Below, in pieces: positions 13,901 through 27,496 of a DNA stretch of 64,000 bases. The position numbers were made by a program, and so were the translations under genes. Under the pieces are notes generated by a model. The model did not search any database, had not been told where the DNA came from, and was given only the letters and a program-made list of their open reading frames with translations. Source of the stretch: Ministeria vibrans ATCC 50519 (Eukaryota; Protista; Filasterea); contig CALSCP010001856.1 of the NCBI GenBank assembly GCA_943704425.1, positions 7,344 through 71,343 of the forward strand, written 5' to 3'. Position 1 is the first letter of the stretch. Every line of letters begins with the position of its first letter.

Positions 13901-14637
13901 TCTTCTTCTCGCGCTCCTCCTGCAGCAGCTCGACGCGTCGCGACAGTTGTTGGTTGTGGAACGTCAGCTGGTCGACTTGTTCGATTGCGCTGAGAATCAT
14001 AACATACAAGAAAAAGCGATGGGAGAGTGTGTGAGGAGGAAGAAAGAAACAAAGTGATACAGAGAGAGACAAAGTGATAGAGAAAGAGAGAGAGAGAAGA
14101 GGAGGGAGAAAGAAACAAAGAGATACAGAGAGAGAGACAAAGTGATAGAGAAAGAGAGAGAGAGAAGAGGAGGGAGAAAGAAACAAGGAGAAAGTGAGAG
14201 AGACAAAGTGAGAGAGAGAGAGAATCCATCGGGGTTTGCGGAGGAATAAACACGACAGCACGGTCGTCACCATGCCTAGGTATGCATATAGAGCAGGTGG
14301 AAACACCTTGATCGGGGAGAGAGGGGAGTGGGGAGACGAGAGAGAGACAAAACACACATCTTTCTTTTGCACCGACACCAAAAATCACACACAGACAGAC
14401 AGGGATAGACTTTATTCTTTCGCCGTACGTTCGAGCAGCCTCCTCCTTGAGCTGGAGAGCCGCCTTGGCCTCGAGATAGTTGTTCTGCTCGTTGACTACG
14501 GCCTTTTTCAAGACGCCGTTCTGCTGCTTCACTTTGGCATATTCCTGCGCAAGGCGCTGATACCGCTGCAGCAACGCCTCCGGTGTAAGCTTGCCTGGAT
14601 CTACCGGAGCCGGCGAAGACCCAGCAGGAGCGCTCAT
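10916..14637 (-). CDS. PPP1R21: Protein phosphatase 1 regulatory subunit 21 (FERRY complex scaffold Fy-2), multi-exon
   Basis: QRYQRLAQEYAKVKQQNGVLKKAVVNEQ (KLRAQ-type motif), LTFHNQQLSRRVELLQEE, VPYEIAIANR, EKWMLECQL, and TTSRSYGDQIQLMTEHI (TTKRSYEDQ-type motif). Confidence 0.88.
14041..14222. repeat. Intronic minisatellite with (A)ACAAAGTGATAG core in an AG-rich context (PPP1R21 intron)
   Basis: Several copies of acaaagtgata(g/c), plus a larger duplicated block of about 66 bp. Confidence 0.85.
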
Positions 14638-14953
14638 ATCGCAAAAAAGGGTTTTCAATATATAAATGGGCTAATACTCACTTTTTTTCGATCATATTTC
14701 AATGCACAATTGCACATTGCACAATAAATGGCACATTCACTCTTGCACACGCGGCACTTGTCAGCTCAACGGCTTGGATCATACACTACACACACCAATA
14801 ACACCATGCACGCACCGATCGTCTTTCGTTTCATAGAGATACGAGTCGTGCATTTCTGTTCAAAAGTTTAAACTGTTGTACTCTCTTCCACACCACTCTT
14901 TCAAAAACAAACAACAGCAAGAAAGAGAAAAAAATTAAACTTTAGAGTGTTCC

Positions 14954-17900
14954 TCACGCAAGTGGGCAGCTTGTGTGGTACTCGTCAGTCGACACAGGCG
15001 ACGACAAGTCGAGTTGTTGCGTCTTGAACGCACCACTAATAATGACATTCTCAATGCATCCCACAAAGGCGTTTCCACCCCCAGAGGTCTTGCCAATGGT
15101 GAAGGGACCCGTAGCCTGAACAGCAACCTATATATCGCAACGAACGCGTGTGTGAGAAGAAGACGAGCGATGCTGCAAACATCCAAATGTCAATCAATGT
15201 TCTACCTGACCGCCCGGAGCCTTGCCCGTCTTGACTTGTCCGTCGACAAAGAGTGCTCCATTCACACCACTGCGCGTGGCAACAATGCGATGGAACTTGT
15301 TGTCAAGCACACTAATGGAAGTCACAGTAATGAGAGCATCCTACAAACGAAAAAGAGAAATAAACTAAGCCCGCGAAAAAAAAATGGTAATTTGCCCTTA
15401 CTCCACCGCCATTGTTAAAGGAGAACTCAACAAAGCCACCTGCAGAGATGGAAACCTTGAGGAAATCCTTGTCAGGGTTGGACTGGGACGAATCCTGGCC
15501 CTGGTAAAGAACGACACCACTGGAGAGGGCGCGCGCACGAAACGACAGAGTGCTCTCGACGCCCGGTTTGAGCGTGGCATACGTTGCGAAGGACTTGGCC
15601 GAGCTGAGAGCACCTACCGAGCTACTGGGCTCGCTGTAGTCCACGTTGACAATTGTCAGTCCAACCGTGTCTACATCATTCGTAAGAACGAGTGAGTACA
15701 AATTATACGCCCATTTTCTGCGTCTACATGTAATTTTATCTACTTATACCTTCCGCAAAGTCAATGAGCATGTCGTCAATGATAAGATTGCGCAGAGAAC
15801 CAACAAGTCCGTTATTGTTGGTGCCGCCCTACAATACGCGTGGAGAAAGAGAAAAGGTAAGCGAGGTGCGCACGTACAATTTGAGAGTGCTTCGAATTCG
15901 TACGAGTCCACCAACCCACAGAGGTGAATTGTGCACATGAAGACCGACACTGGTGCCGGGGGTGGTTGTTGAGCCCTGGAGCACACCTAAAAAGCAATAG
16001 TCCGTATCAATGAATGTTTTTTTTTTCTTCTTTTTTTCTCCTTTTTTTTGAATCGGGGTGGGGCTGAGTGACATACCGTCGACGTAGAGAGTGCTGGACT
16101 GAAGGCTACGAGCCCAGGCAAACGAGTGAAACTTGCCATTGTTGACCGCAGAAGTGGATGAAACGGTCGCCGAGCCACGTCCCAACTGTAGACAGACATG
16201 TGCAACATATTGAGTAAAATTGCTATTTAATTGCTATTGGACACGATATTTATTCTTATATTATTTTCTTACGTCGTAGGTGACTTGGAGTAAGCCCGCA
16301 GCGGAAAGCGTTACTGTCACAAACTTTCCACTGAGCGAGTCTGACTGCGACAGGATAGTCTGCTCTGTGCCTGACACCTGTGCCAGGAACATTCCCTTGA
16401 TGGTGTTGGACGTGCGTGGTCGCACACCCTGGCCCTCCGCCTTGATGTAGCCATCGCCAAACATTGTCACCTCATCATCGAACACTGTTGCAGAAACCAT
16501 TGTAATTATCATTAATATATTATAGTATTATTAAAATTAAAAACTGGACATCAGGGCGTCATCAGTATTGTTTTAGATTTTGCTTTTGTGGGGAGAGGTT
16601 GTTGTGTTGTTACCTTGGTCACAGTATTGACCTGTGAGACCACTTTCGACATCACAGACACACTCAAACCCGGCGGGATCAGAGGAGCTTGCGACACACA
16701 CGCCACTTGAGCAGGGTGACGCAAGACAGAGGGAGGCAAAGGTCGAGACACATCCAAAGACAATGTTGATCTCCTGCGCATTGTCGGACAAGTCGAGGGT
16801 GGTACCGGCGACGACAACATTACTGATGCAGCCAACGTAGTTCATGCCCAGAATCAGGTTGCCGTCTGTGTTGATCGCCACAAGCGAGCCCACGCGGTTG
16901 ACTGTGATCACTTCGCTGTCAACCGTGAGTGTTCCAGTCGCTAGATCAAAAGCAAGGAAGAGACAAATATATTAGTACTTTGCCAATTCGAGTCGATCCA
17001 AACAATAGCAAAGACTTTTAAGAAGGTACCGGCTGCGGAGCTGTAGGTAAAAGAGAGAGTGTGCGACTCGCCGTCGTTGTAGGCGCCAATGGTGGTGGCA
17101 GTGGCGGGACCACCGCCGGCGTTGAAGGTGACGGAAATACGGCGATCCGCAATGGCAATGGTGAGTTCGTCGTTGTTGGTGGAGTCCGAGTGGAACATTT
17201 GGAAGATCAAAGCGTCAACGGAGGACGTAGTAAATGTGAGTGAGACGGTGCCATCGACAATTTTCGTGGCGGGGTTCGTCACGTGGAGGGTGCTCTGGGT
17301 GTTCTCAAAGTTGAACGTGGCGGCTGCGTGCGCGCCCGGGAGCAGGTTGCACGTGTTGACACCGTCGCCAGTGTAGTCGGGGAAGCAAGCACAAGTGAAG
17401 TCGTTTGCCTCCCAGCCGGTGGGCGTGCAGATGGCCAGGCGATGGCAGGGGTCGGCGAGGCACGGACTCACGAGAGCCGTCTCGCACGAGAGACCCGTGT
17501 AGCCCGAGGGACAGTCGCACGTCATGGACTTGCCGTCGGCGATGCACGAGCCGCCGTTTTGGCAGGCAGGGGAGCAAGTGGAGCGACGATGACGCCACTG
17601 GTTGACCTTTTCCGCGACTGACTTTTCAAGGCTCTCTGTCTTGGTCGAGATGGAGTTGAGCAGCTGCGAGAAGGTAGACGACGCCGAATCGAGGTGAAGC
17701 ATGGCGAGTGCCTTGGCAGCGGTCGCCTTGGCTGTGGACACGTCGTCCGAAAACGCACCCGACGTCATGTTGACGAAGGAGGCAGTCGCACCCTCGTTGG
17801 TCATGCCAATGGCACGACGGACAATGGCACGGCACACGTCGACGGCCGCCGAGGCTTTCCAGCCGGTGGTAGGCACGTCGTAGGCACGGAACTCGACTGT

Positions 17901-18691
17901 GGAGATGGGTGCAATTGACGAGTCGGGCTTGTTGAGCGGAAGCACATGTTGCAAGTTGAGCGAGTGGTACTTCCACACCTTGGAGTCGTCGATGCCGACG
18001 GACGAGGCAAGGTCGCCCAGATGCGAGACAGAATGACGCTGCTCGGCCGAGTCGAAGCGATGGAACATCTCGGCCAGTTTGGCGTGGTTTCGCTGATCAG
18101 CGGGTGTCTTGTCAAGAGCATTGATGAGATCGGGATGCGTCGCAGCAATGGACTTGGTGAAAGGATTGGCATCGCCACCGTAGTGGGAGGTGCCGAAGAG
18201 ACGACGCAGCGCCGGCTCGACGGACTCGTGCAGAAGCACCAGGTTAGCAAGTGCCTGTTCTCCGGCGGCCAACAAGCACGAAGCATCAATGTGCACGTGC
18301 ATTCCCGAACGATCACCAGACTCGACCAGTCCCGACGACTGCAGTCGATCGACGAGGCTCTCCAGCTCGTATTGACTCTCCAAGGGAGGCGACACCACTT
18401 CGTAGCCGTCGTAGACGCCATTGTTGTTGACGTACTCGGGTGCAATGGTCCATGTGCGGTTGAAAGTGTCGGTGTAGCGCGTGGTACGCAGACGACGGGG
18501 CGCATAGCGTGCCGGGTCAATGGGGTGGGCGACCACAGTGATTTCGTGCTCGAGCGCTCCCGTCGATTGTCCATCGATCACACTCATGAGCTTCTCGTAG
18601 TTGGCAGCAGGCGCCTCGTTGACGTGCTTGATGCGCATACCACTGGACTCGGTACCTGCGTACTCAAGCTCAACGCCAAACGTGGGCTTGT
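14954..18691 (-). CDS. Fusion protein: COOH-NH2 ligase (Amidoligase_2-like) domain, RHRR site, then EGF-EGF-LamG-EGF-LamG-LamG; 5' exon(s) unresolved (probably within 18770-18980)
   Basis: One exon (18691-17030) carries FGVELEY, YEVVSPPL, SGMHVHID, KYHSLNL and TVEFR, then RHRR, two 6-Cys EGF repeats and the start of a LamG domain. Later exons give YVGCISNV, a third EGF, NNGKFHSF...LYVDG, LWVGG, DFLKVSI...FSFNNGGG and FVGCIENV; stop at 14954. No transmembrane segment seen. Confidence 0.8.
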
Positions 18692-18715
18692 CTACGAATG
18701 AAAAACAGTGAGGTG

Positions 18716-18750
<35 letters not shown>

Positions 18751-19066
18751 GTCTTTTGAACTTGTCACGACCGTGTGTGTAGGAAATGAAGTGATGCGGC
18801 TGCAAGGACTGCTCAAGGAGACCACTGCCAACACCTAAGTTGAAAATTCTCTTTTTTTGTGTTTCTTGTTGTGTCTGTCGCTCAATGAACATTCAAATTA
18901 TGTACAGTTGGAACAATAGAGGACCATTCGTATGGTAGCCAAAGAGATTCTGTTTCAACTTGTACGTTCGTGTTCATTTCCTAATTTTTTTTGTTCAATT
19001 TTTGACACACGCTTTCTCTCTCTCTCCTCTTGTCTGTCTATCTCTCTCGCATCACTTTCTCTATAT

Positions 19067-22000
19067 TCACTTGTGCCCTCCCTCAAAGATCATAATGTCC
19101 TGTCGGCACAGTAGACTTTTTATGGTCTTGGCGCGCATTGCGTTGGTCTCCAGGTAGTTCTCAAAGAGGCTCTGCTGTGCTGCCAGTACGTCGGGTGTGC
19201 CCTCGCCGTTAAGCAGCGTGTCAAAGAGCTGCTCCCACAAGTCGCGCTGCCAGTAACGCTTCCATTTGAGCTGCGGTTGCCAGCGGCCCGTCTCGGGGTT
19301 CTTCTCCACCTGCATGTAGGAGCGGTGCAACAGCGTATGCACGGTACCCAGCAACCCGTACGTGTCGCACTCATAGCGCCATGACTCCCCCGTCTGCATC
19401 GGCACACACTTGAATGAGCTTGTTTCGCTTTTCCCCGAAAATCGCTGTCCCTCCGGATACTGGCGCAAATCAATGGCGCGTCCAAAATCCACCAGACGCA
19501 GTCCACGCAGTCGCCAGCCGCCCTCCCCATCCGCGCGCCACGTTCGCTCCCACTCATTGCTCAGTCCACTTCCCAGCGTCACATCGTCGCCTGTGCCATC
19601 CATCTCGGGCGCTACATCGCTACGCAACAGCAGGTTGTCTGGCTTTATGTCACCGTGCAAAATGCCCGCCAAGTGCATTTCGCGGCACATCTTGAGCAGC
19701 TCAATTGTGTAGAAGATCACAAGAGTCTCTTCCAGCTCACGGCCCGTCTGACTGTACAGATTGAGTGCCTTGAGCAGAGTAGGCTGTTCGTGGTAGTCGA
19801 GGAGCAACACGCTCGACTGGCCTTCGTTGTAGACGTAGGTTCCATGCATTTGGACAAACCACGTGCGCGTGTTGACACGCTCATGCAAAGCACTCAATGC
19901 ATAAAACTCCCAAGGACACGCGGGGGTCTCTACCTTGGCGGCCAACAGTGCGGGCATGCCTCGGCGGCCCCCTCCCACCCCTTGGTCAACGCCTTCTTCG
20001 TCGTCATCGTCATCGTCAACGCGCTCGACAAGGTACACGGACGCAAAAGCGCCCGAACCAAGCAGACGGTCAAACCGTACCGAGTGGGTGACGTCGAGGG
20101 AGAGCGTGTCGCCGCGCGAAGCCCGTTCAAAGAGGGGACCGGGCGTAGTCACGGTGTGATACAGACTCGACGCGCCCAGGTGTGAATCGACAAGGGTAAG
20201 GGTTTTCTTAATGGTACTTGCCAAAAAGGGGTTGGGCTCATCGTCGGACTGGTCTTCGTCGCCCGATGCAAGCTCATCTCGACGACTTTGATTGTTGCAT
20301 GGGATGTCGAGGGTGGTGTCGTCAATGCTGTCGCTGGTGCCATTGTCGACGGCATCGCTTGCTGACGATACCAAGCTAGTGTTGACGCTGCTTCCAAAGC
20401 TGCTGTTGCCGTGGGAGTCTTCAACGCTCGTCTCCATAATTGGACTTAACTGTTGATGAGTTGAGGCGGGTGTTGGGGTGGCGACAACAGGTGCGGCGCT
20501 CGGCGGTAGCACGACTGCAACCGGCGTAGCCGCAATGAAGGATTGTTGCTCGGCCAGGGACGGCACGGCATTCTCATCGGAGAAGATTGCAAAGGGAGTC
20601 GACTGGGCAAAGGGTGCAGTCACCGATAGATTTGCCGATTGGTCTGTTGTCACGTTGGTATCTTCAAACACGACAAAGTCGTCGGCGGAAGTGGTAGTAG
20701 GCGCTGCCATGACGCTGCCATCGTCGTTGTTGTTGTCGTCGAATTCGTTGTCTTCCTCTTCCTCTTCCTCTTCCTGCTCGACTGGGAACTCGTCAAGCGA
20801 CTGAAGGGCTGCACGGGACATGGCAAATGAGTGTGCAAGACGTTCAGGAGAGGGCGAGCCGGGTGGAGGTGTGTTCTCGTCGTCGGGTACGTGCCTCTGT
20901 GATTGCTGCGGGGACGCGTTGTCGGCAATGGTGCGATCGAGTGAGAGACGCAAGTGGGTCGGTCGCTGAGGTGACGACGACGACGACGAAAACTGTACGT
21001 TGCTAGTGGCATTGTCAGCTCCATCGTCTTCGTACACCGAGAAGCAGATTGGCTCAGCCTGAGCCATCTGCTGTCGAGCCGCCATGATGATCCGGGTCGT
21101 CTCGCCGTCATCCTCGTAGTAGTCAGCTTCATCGTCGCAACCGTCGTTGTTGTCGTGGTCGTCGAGGGGCGCAGTGAACATGGAGTTGATGTCAGCCAGT
21201 GCTGCCTTCATGTTAATTGTGGGCGACGCTGGTGCATTGACAGAGGCAGCCTCGGCCGCAGCACTGACGGCGGCGGCAGCAGCACGAATGGCGCCGCAGG
21301 GCACCTCAAGTGTGAGAGTGTCGCCCCCGCCGGGTGTTGACGGATCAAAGTTAATTTGACGCACGAGCGCATTGACTGGGATGGTTGCCATCGATTCGTC
21401 GTCGTCGTCACTCATGCATGACTGCACTGCCTTTTGCAGAGTTGCAGCAGCGCGCGCGCGGATGGCATCTTCTGCATCGGTGCGCGCAAGTCGAGCCTCT
21501 TCCGCCTGTTGCGCTGCCAATTCCTCTTGCTCCAGTTCAAGCACACGCTGCGCCTCTGCCTCAATCTCGGCTGCCAAAGCCGCTTCGCGCGCTGCCTGCT
21601 GTTGGCGTGCGAGCATTTCCATGGCACGCAGCTCCTCAAAGCAATACTCAACGTTGGACGAGGGAAAGAGCACTTGAGGGTCGTAGCTGCGCGCCTCGTT
21701 GGTGACGGCATGGCGCATGGTCGTCACGCCCGCCTTGACACCCGCCAAAGGGTTGACACGTACCGCGCTTTGGGTTTTGGTCGAGGGAGCGAGTGCCCCT
21801 TCCAGGCGATGGCGCACGGATGACGACGACGACCCAGTCGCAGTTGCACTACTGGCATTGGCGTCGGGCTCGTCTTCAAAGATCTCAAAAGCGGGTCTGG
21901 TAGGCACGGGTGCACAGCGTTCGCTGTTTTGCGGTTGAACAGCCGACACGTCTGTCCAAGTGGTGGGCAACTGGCGGTTCTCCTTGTGTTGCGTGCGGGG

Positions 22001-23205
22001 CTGGGGGAAGGGAGCTTGAGCGCTGCCGGCAGGGACCACGTCACGCGATGCCGTAGCGGGCGCACCCTGACTGTCCTCGTAGACCGTAAAGGCAGGACGC
22101 GATACGTTGGGACGCGCGCTGCGCATAGCTTGCGCCTGCGCAAGAGGGCGGGCACTTGCGTCAAGCAGGCGGCTGCGCGGTTGCTGGCGTGGCAGCTCGG
22201 GCACGGCCTGACCGCGCTCGGCCGGCGTCGGAAGGTCACCTCGCTCTGCATCTTGTCGAATTTTGTCAGCAAGACGATGTTGAAAATCGGCATAGCGACG
22301 ACGCAGGCGGTCGAGGGGACGGGCTGCGCGTTTATTAATGCCGGCCTGGTAGACCTTGTCAGCACGACTGTATTGACCGGCCTCCTCGAGAACAGATGCC
22401 CACGCCTCGTAAAGCGCCGCATGAGACGTACACAAGTTGTTGGTGTACAGGTAGGTGAAGATGGCCTGAGGCTCGAGACACTTGCTGGCGTAGTCGAGCC
22501 ACACGCGCAAGTAGCGTATGTCGTTGTGCCAGCACTCGTCGTCTTTGAATTCGCGCACGCACCGCTCGAGCAATTCGAACAGTCCCGAGCCTTCCTCGTC
22601 GCCCACGTAGTTTTGCTTTGTCCAGCTGATGTACTTTTCCCACATTTCCATAGGATCGTCACTCTCAGTGTCGCGCAGGGCTCGTTCAAATTCGCTACAA
22701 GACATGAAAAAATGATGAGCGAGAGATAGAGAGAGAGAGAGACACACACACACACACACATCGCGCTCAAGGGCGCTTGAAACGGCCCCTTTGCTAGCAT
22801 TTGAATGTGCTGCACGGAGCGTTATGGATGCTACAGCGCTGTGTGGGGCATAAACGAGGAGTGCAGATTTGAAAAAAAAAAAAGATTGCAAGACATGACA
22901 GGAAACGAAGGGCAGAGGACATTTCAAGCTAGTATTCGCCTTGGGACACAATATATGCTTATGTTCAGATGGCATTACGGCACAGCGGGCACAAGAGGAA
23001 GCGAGACGGAAGGGGACAACATTTTTCAAATTTGACTTTTCGTGTGTTTTTATTACCTGCGCTCGCTGGTGAGCTCTTCAAGGCGCTGCTCCGAGTGAGC
23101 TGATTGAGCCAGTGCCGTTGTTAGTGTGGCGACAGTGCGGCCCGTCTTGAGCGGGATCACATTCTCCTTCTTCAGCTCCCAGTCGAAGTTCGCCGGCGAC
23201 GACAT
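19067..23205 (-). CDS. BUB1: MadBub (undivided Bub1/BubR1-Mad3) spindle checkpoint kinase; 2 exons (intron about 22696-23056)
   Basis: N-terminal WELKKENVIPLKTGR (KEN1), TPR (DPMEMW...NDIRYLRVWLDYA), ABBA-KEN-ABBA (FTVYED/KEN/FEIFED), GLEBS (EYCFEELRA), SPTINMKAALADINSMF, KARD (LSPIMETS), and kinase motifs GSGAFA, HGDIKPDN, DFG. Confidence 0.93.
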
Positions 23206-23499
23206 GATCGATCAAAATAAAGTGAAACTATAATAATAAAAATATTTACTTTTACTATTATTTTGATTTTTGATTATTCATTATTCATATTGTAGTGTCT
23301 ACTGCGAAAGCATTGTGCTGATTTTTGTTTCGTATATAGTCTAAATACAGTAAATAGTCTTGTTTTGACATTGAGTTATTTGAGTACATCTCTTGATTAT
23401 CTTATTAATATTAATATTATTATTATTATTATTAAATTTTTATTGTTGTATGTTGTTGTTGTTGCACAAAATAATATAATTATCACAATAGTATGGCAG

Positions 23500-24884
23500 T
23501 CACGTTTTGTCTCCCTTGTCTGGAACGGGAAGCAGCTCGGAACGAATGGAGATGTCGGTGGGCAGCGGGTGGTCGGCGAGCTCGTCGTCGTCAGCGTAGT
23601 GGCGACCGCGGTCGGACAGACTGGCACGGTGGTTGGAGTCGACGGCACACAACACACTGTCGCTCGAGAGGGTACTTGGCTCGCGTGTGTTGACAGCAAA
23701 GGGCTCGGTCTCGCCGGTTTGCTGGCGGTTGCAAAAGAGACGCCATTCGCGCAGCAGTGACCGGCTCAAGAGCACTGCAACACACGTCAGAAACCCCATT
23801 GAGGGCGCAAGGGCACACTCCATCTTGTGAATGAAGGGAGCAAAAGACGAATGTTAAATGAGAAGATGTACATATCACAAACTGCATACCAGTGAGGTGG
23901 CAGTGCTGTAGTCCTGCTGAAGCACAGTGAACACCATTCGGTTTAGGAGTGCGGGTCCTTCGAACAGCGAGAAAACGACAAGCACAAGGAGGGAGCGGCG
24001 CACGATGACGAGAAGGCGAGCACGACGCAGTCCCGATTGATACACGCGCAACAACACCATGCCATAGAGGGGTAGCAGAGCAATCCAGACGGCAAGGCCA
24101 ATGGCGTGCTGCGACTGCCGCAGGCCGTCTGTCGTCTCCGTCTGAGTCGGCGGGATCCAACACCAGATCTGTTGCGTCCGGCCGTACTCGCCGAGAATAA
24201 CCAGTGCCAGTGTGTGTGCCAATGGAATCGTCCACGCTACGGCGTGTAGCAGGCGAAGACGACGCATCAAATGATCTTCGGACGCTCCCTCCAGTGCCCT
24301 AACACAGAGGAATCAAACACGCGTTTACACCACACACATACACAAACCATATATATATATATCAAATAAGTAGCTTACATGTAGAGGACGGCGCCCACAT
24401 TTCCCACCCAGACGTAGGATGCGATTACGAAATAGTTCAGCGCGATTGCTTGAAGTTCGCAAAGTTTCATATTGAACGTCGCATCTACAAAGCCAATTAG
24501 CCGCCAGAGTCACTTGACTGTCTCTGTCTCTCTCTATCCCTATCTGCCTCACTACTGTACCGTATCCACCAACAGAAAGAGGAGGCGGCGCCCAGGGAAG
24601 GTAAAAGACCGCAGAGGCCAATTCGCAAACCGCCAAAGCCGCAACAACGTGCAATTCGGCTGTTCTCAGACGCTTAAGCTTGGCAAAGGTCACTAAAATG
24701 AACACTAGAAGAAGACGAATGAGAAGGGCCAGACGAGGAGAGAGAGGAGAGGAGAGAGAGAGACAGAGAGACAAGAAAGAGAGTGCGTACTTGAACCACT
24801 GATGGACAACACGGCACTTGTGCACAACAGCCCCATTGCCGCCCCTTTCTCATTGGCCAGACCAAAATCAGGTTCGTCTGTCAT
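23500..24884 (-). CDS. 7TM GPCR of the cAMP-receptor-like / GPR157 / GCR1 group, multi-exon
   Basis: Spliced hydrophobic helices: LSISGS|..FILVTFAKLKRLR, LCELQAIALNYFVIASYVW, HAVAWTIPL, WCWI, PALLNR, LAPSMGFLTCV. Confidence 0.8.
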
Positions 24885-25055
24885 CTCCAGCTCATACAAG
24901 ATACTGAGAGGTTTATAAAAATATTATTCTTTTTATTCAATAATCGATAATCATTCAAAAATTAGGAAGAGTAATTATTATTATTATTGGTATTATTGGC
25001 ATTATTTTGTTTTGGATTTTGAGCCATTAATTGAAAACATAGAAAATATTGTACA

Positions 25056-26417
<1,362 letters not shown>

Positions 26418-26582
26418 TGAAATAATTTGATTTTTCATTTTTCATTTATCATTATTCATTCTTGAGACTTGGAGCATTGTCAATACATTAATAGTCAAGA
26501 ATGAAGATCTGGTTGATCCAATGTTGCGAAAGGAACTCGATGGTGTTTGTGTATAAGAGTAGGTTGTATTTGTACTGTTTGG

Positions 26583-26913
26583 TTAGACGTCGGCGATGGT
26601 CACGTCAACATCGACACCCGGCTCAATGCTGATCGAGGTGATCTGCTTCACTGTGTCGGGGCTTGCCGTCAGGTCAATGACACGCTTGAACACACGCATC
26701 TCGAATCGGTCCCAGGTCTTGGAACCCTCACCGTTGGGCGTCTTGCGCGTGGTAATGCGCAGAACCTGCAAAATGAAAAACACACATGAATGAGAAGAGA
26801 AACATCTATCATGACTGTAGCAACACAAAGTGTACCTTAGTGGGGATACGCACGGGGCCACGCACGGGGAGGTCCTTCTCCTTGGATCGCTTGATGAGCT
26901 GAGCGCACACTAT

Positions 26914-26954
<41 letters not shown>

Positions 26955-27117
26955 CAATACAATACAATGCGTGTCAGGCCCGCTTCCACTCCTTTCGTCG
27001 TGTCTCCTTACCGTTCTCGACCTTCTTCATGTTGGCCGACGAAAGCGTAATGCGAATGCGGTGCTTCGGCGACTCGTCTTCAAAGCCGGCCTTCTGTGGT
27101 TTCTCAGCCAGTGTTGC
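26583..27117 (-). CDS. RPS20: 40S ribosomal protein S20 (uS10); start-codon exon not located
   Basis: [69 protein letters not shown]. Confidence 0.96.
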
Positions 27118-27160
27118 CTGCACGAAGAAAGACCCAAGAGAGACCAAGAGAGTTAGTTGA

Positions 27161-27194
<34 letters not shown>

Positions 27195-27496
27195 AAAAAT
27201 GGGACGAAGAAGGAAAGAGTGAGCGATGACACGTTGCATGCCATTGGGGACCGTCCCATATCCATCGGCACAGACAAGTCGGTCGACGCCGTGTCTTCAC
27301 GGCCTCCCTGGCGATCCGTGGCATGCTTCAAATCAATCTCTCGCCGCTACGACCCTCACCAGGACCCCCACACCCCAAAGACGCTCCCGTCCCCCCATGC
27401 ATCGTATAATGCACTCCCTGACACGCAAACGGTACACTCCGGCGCTGGCATGAGCGAAAAGACAAAAAAAAAAAAAAAAAAAGGGGNNNNNNNNNN

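Noticed and set aside
17600-18691. Prophage or bacterial contamination as the source of the amidoligase
   Set aside because: The domain is in frame with EGF/LamG, is preceded by a canonical splice acceptor and is flanked by intron-containing eukaryotic genes; no other phage genes are present.
21724-22815. Long overlapping alternate-frame and antisense ORFs inside GC-rich exons
   Set aside because: Expected shadows of GC-rich coding sequence, with no recognisable motifs.
22696-23029. N-terminal 110 aa of the 1320-aa ORF; likewise the N-termini of ORFs 12273-14381 and 41949-45008
   Set aside because: Read-through into introns; the real upstream exons carry the conserved motifs (for example KEN1 in the exon starting at 23205).
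27120-27480. Possible intronic snoRNA upstream of the RPS20 exon (and in RPS3A introns)
   Set aside because: No convincing C/D box pair with terminal stem or H/ACA structure could be seen by eye; an Infernal/Rfam scan would be needed.
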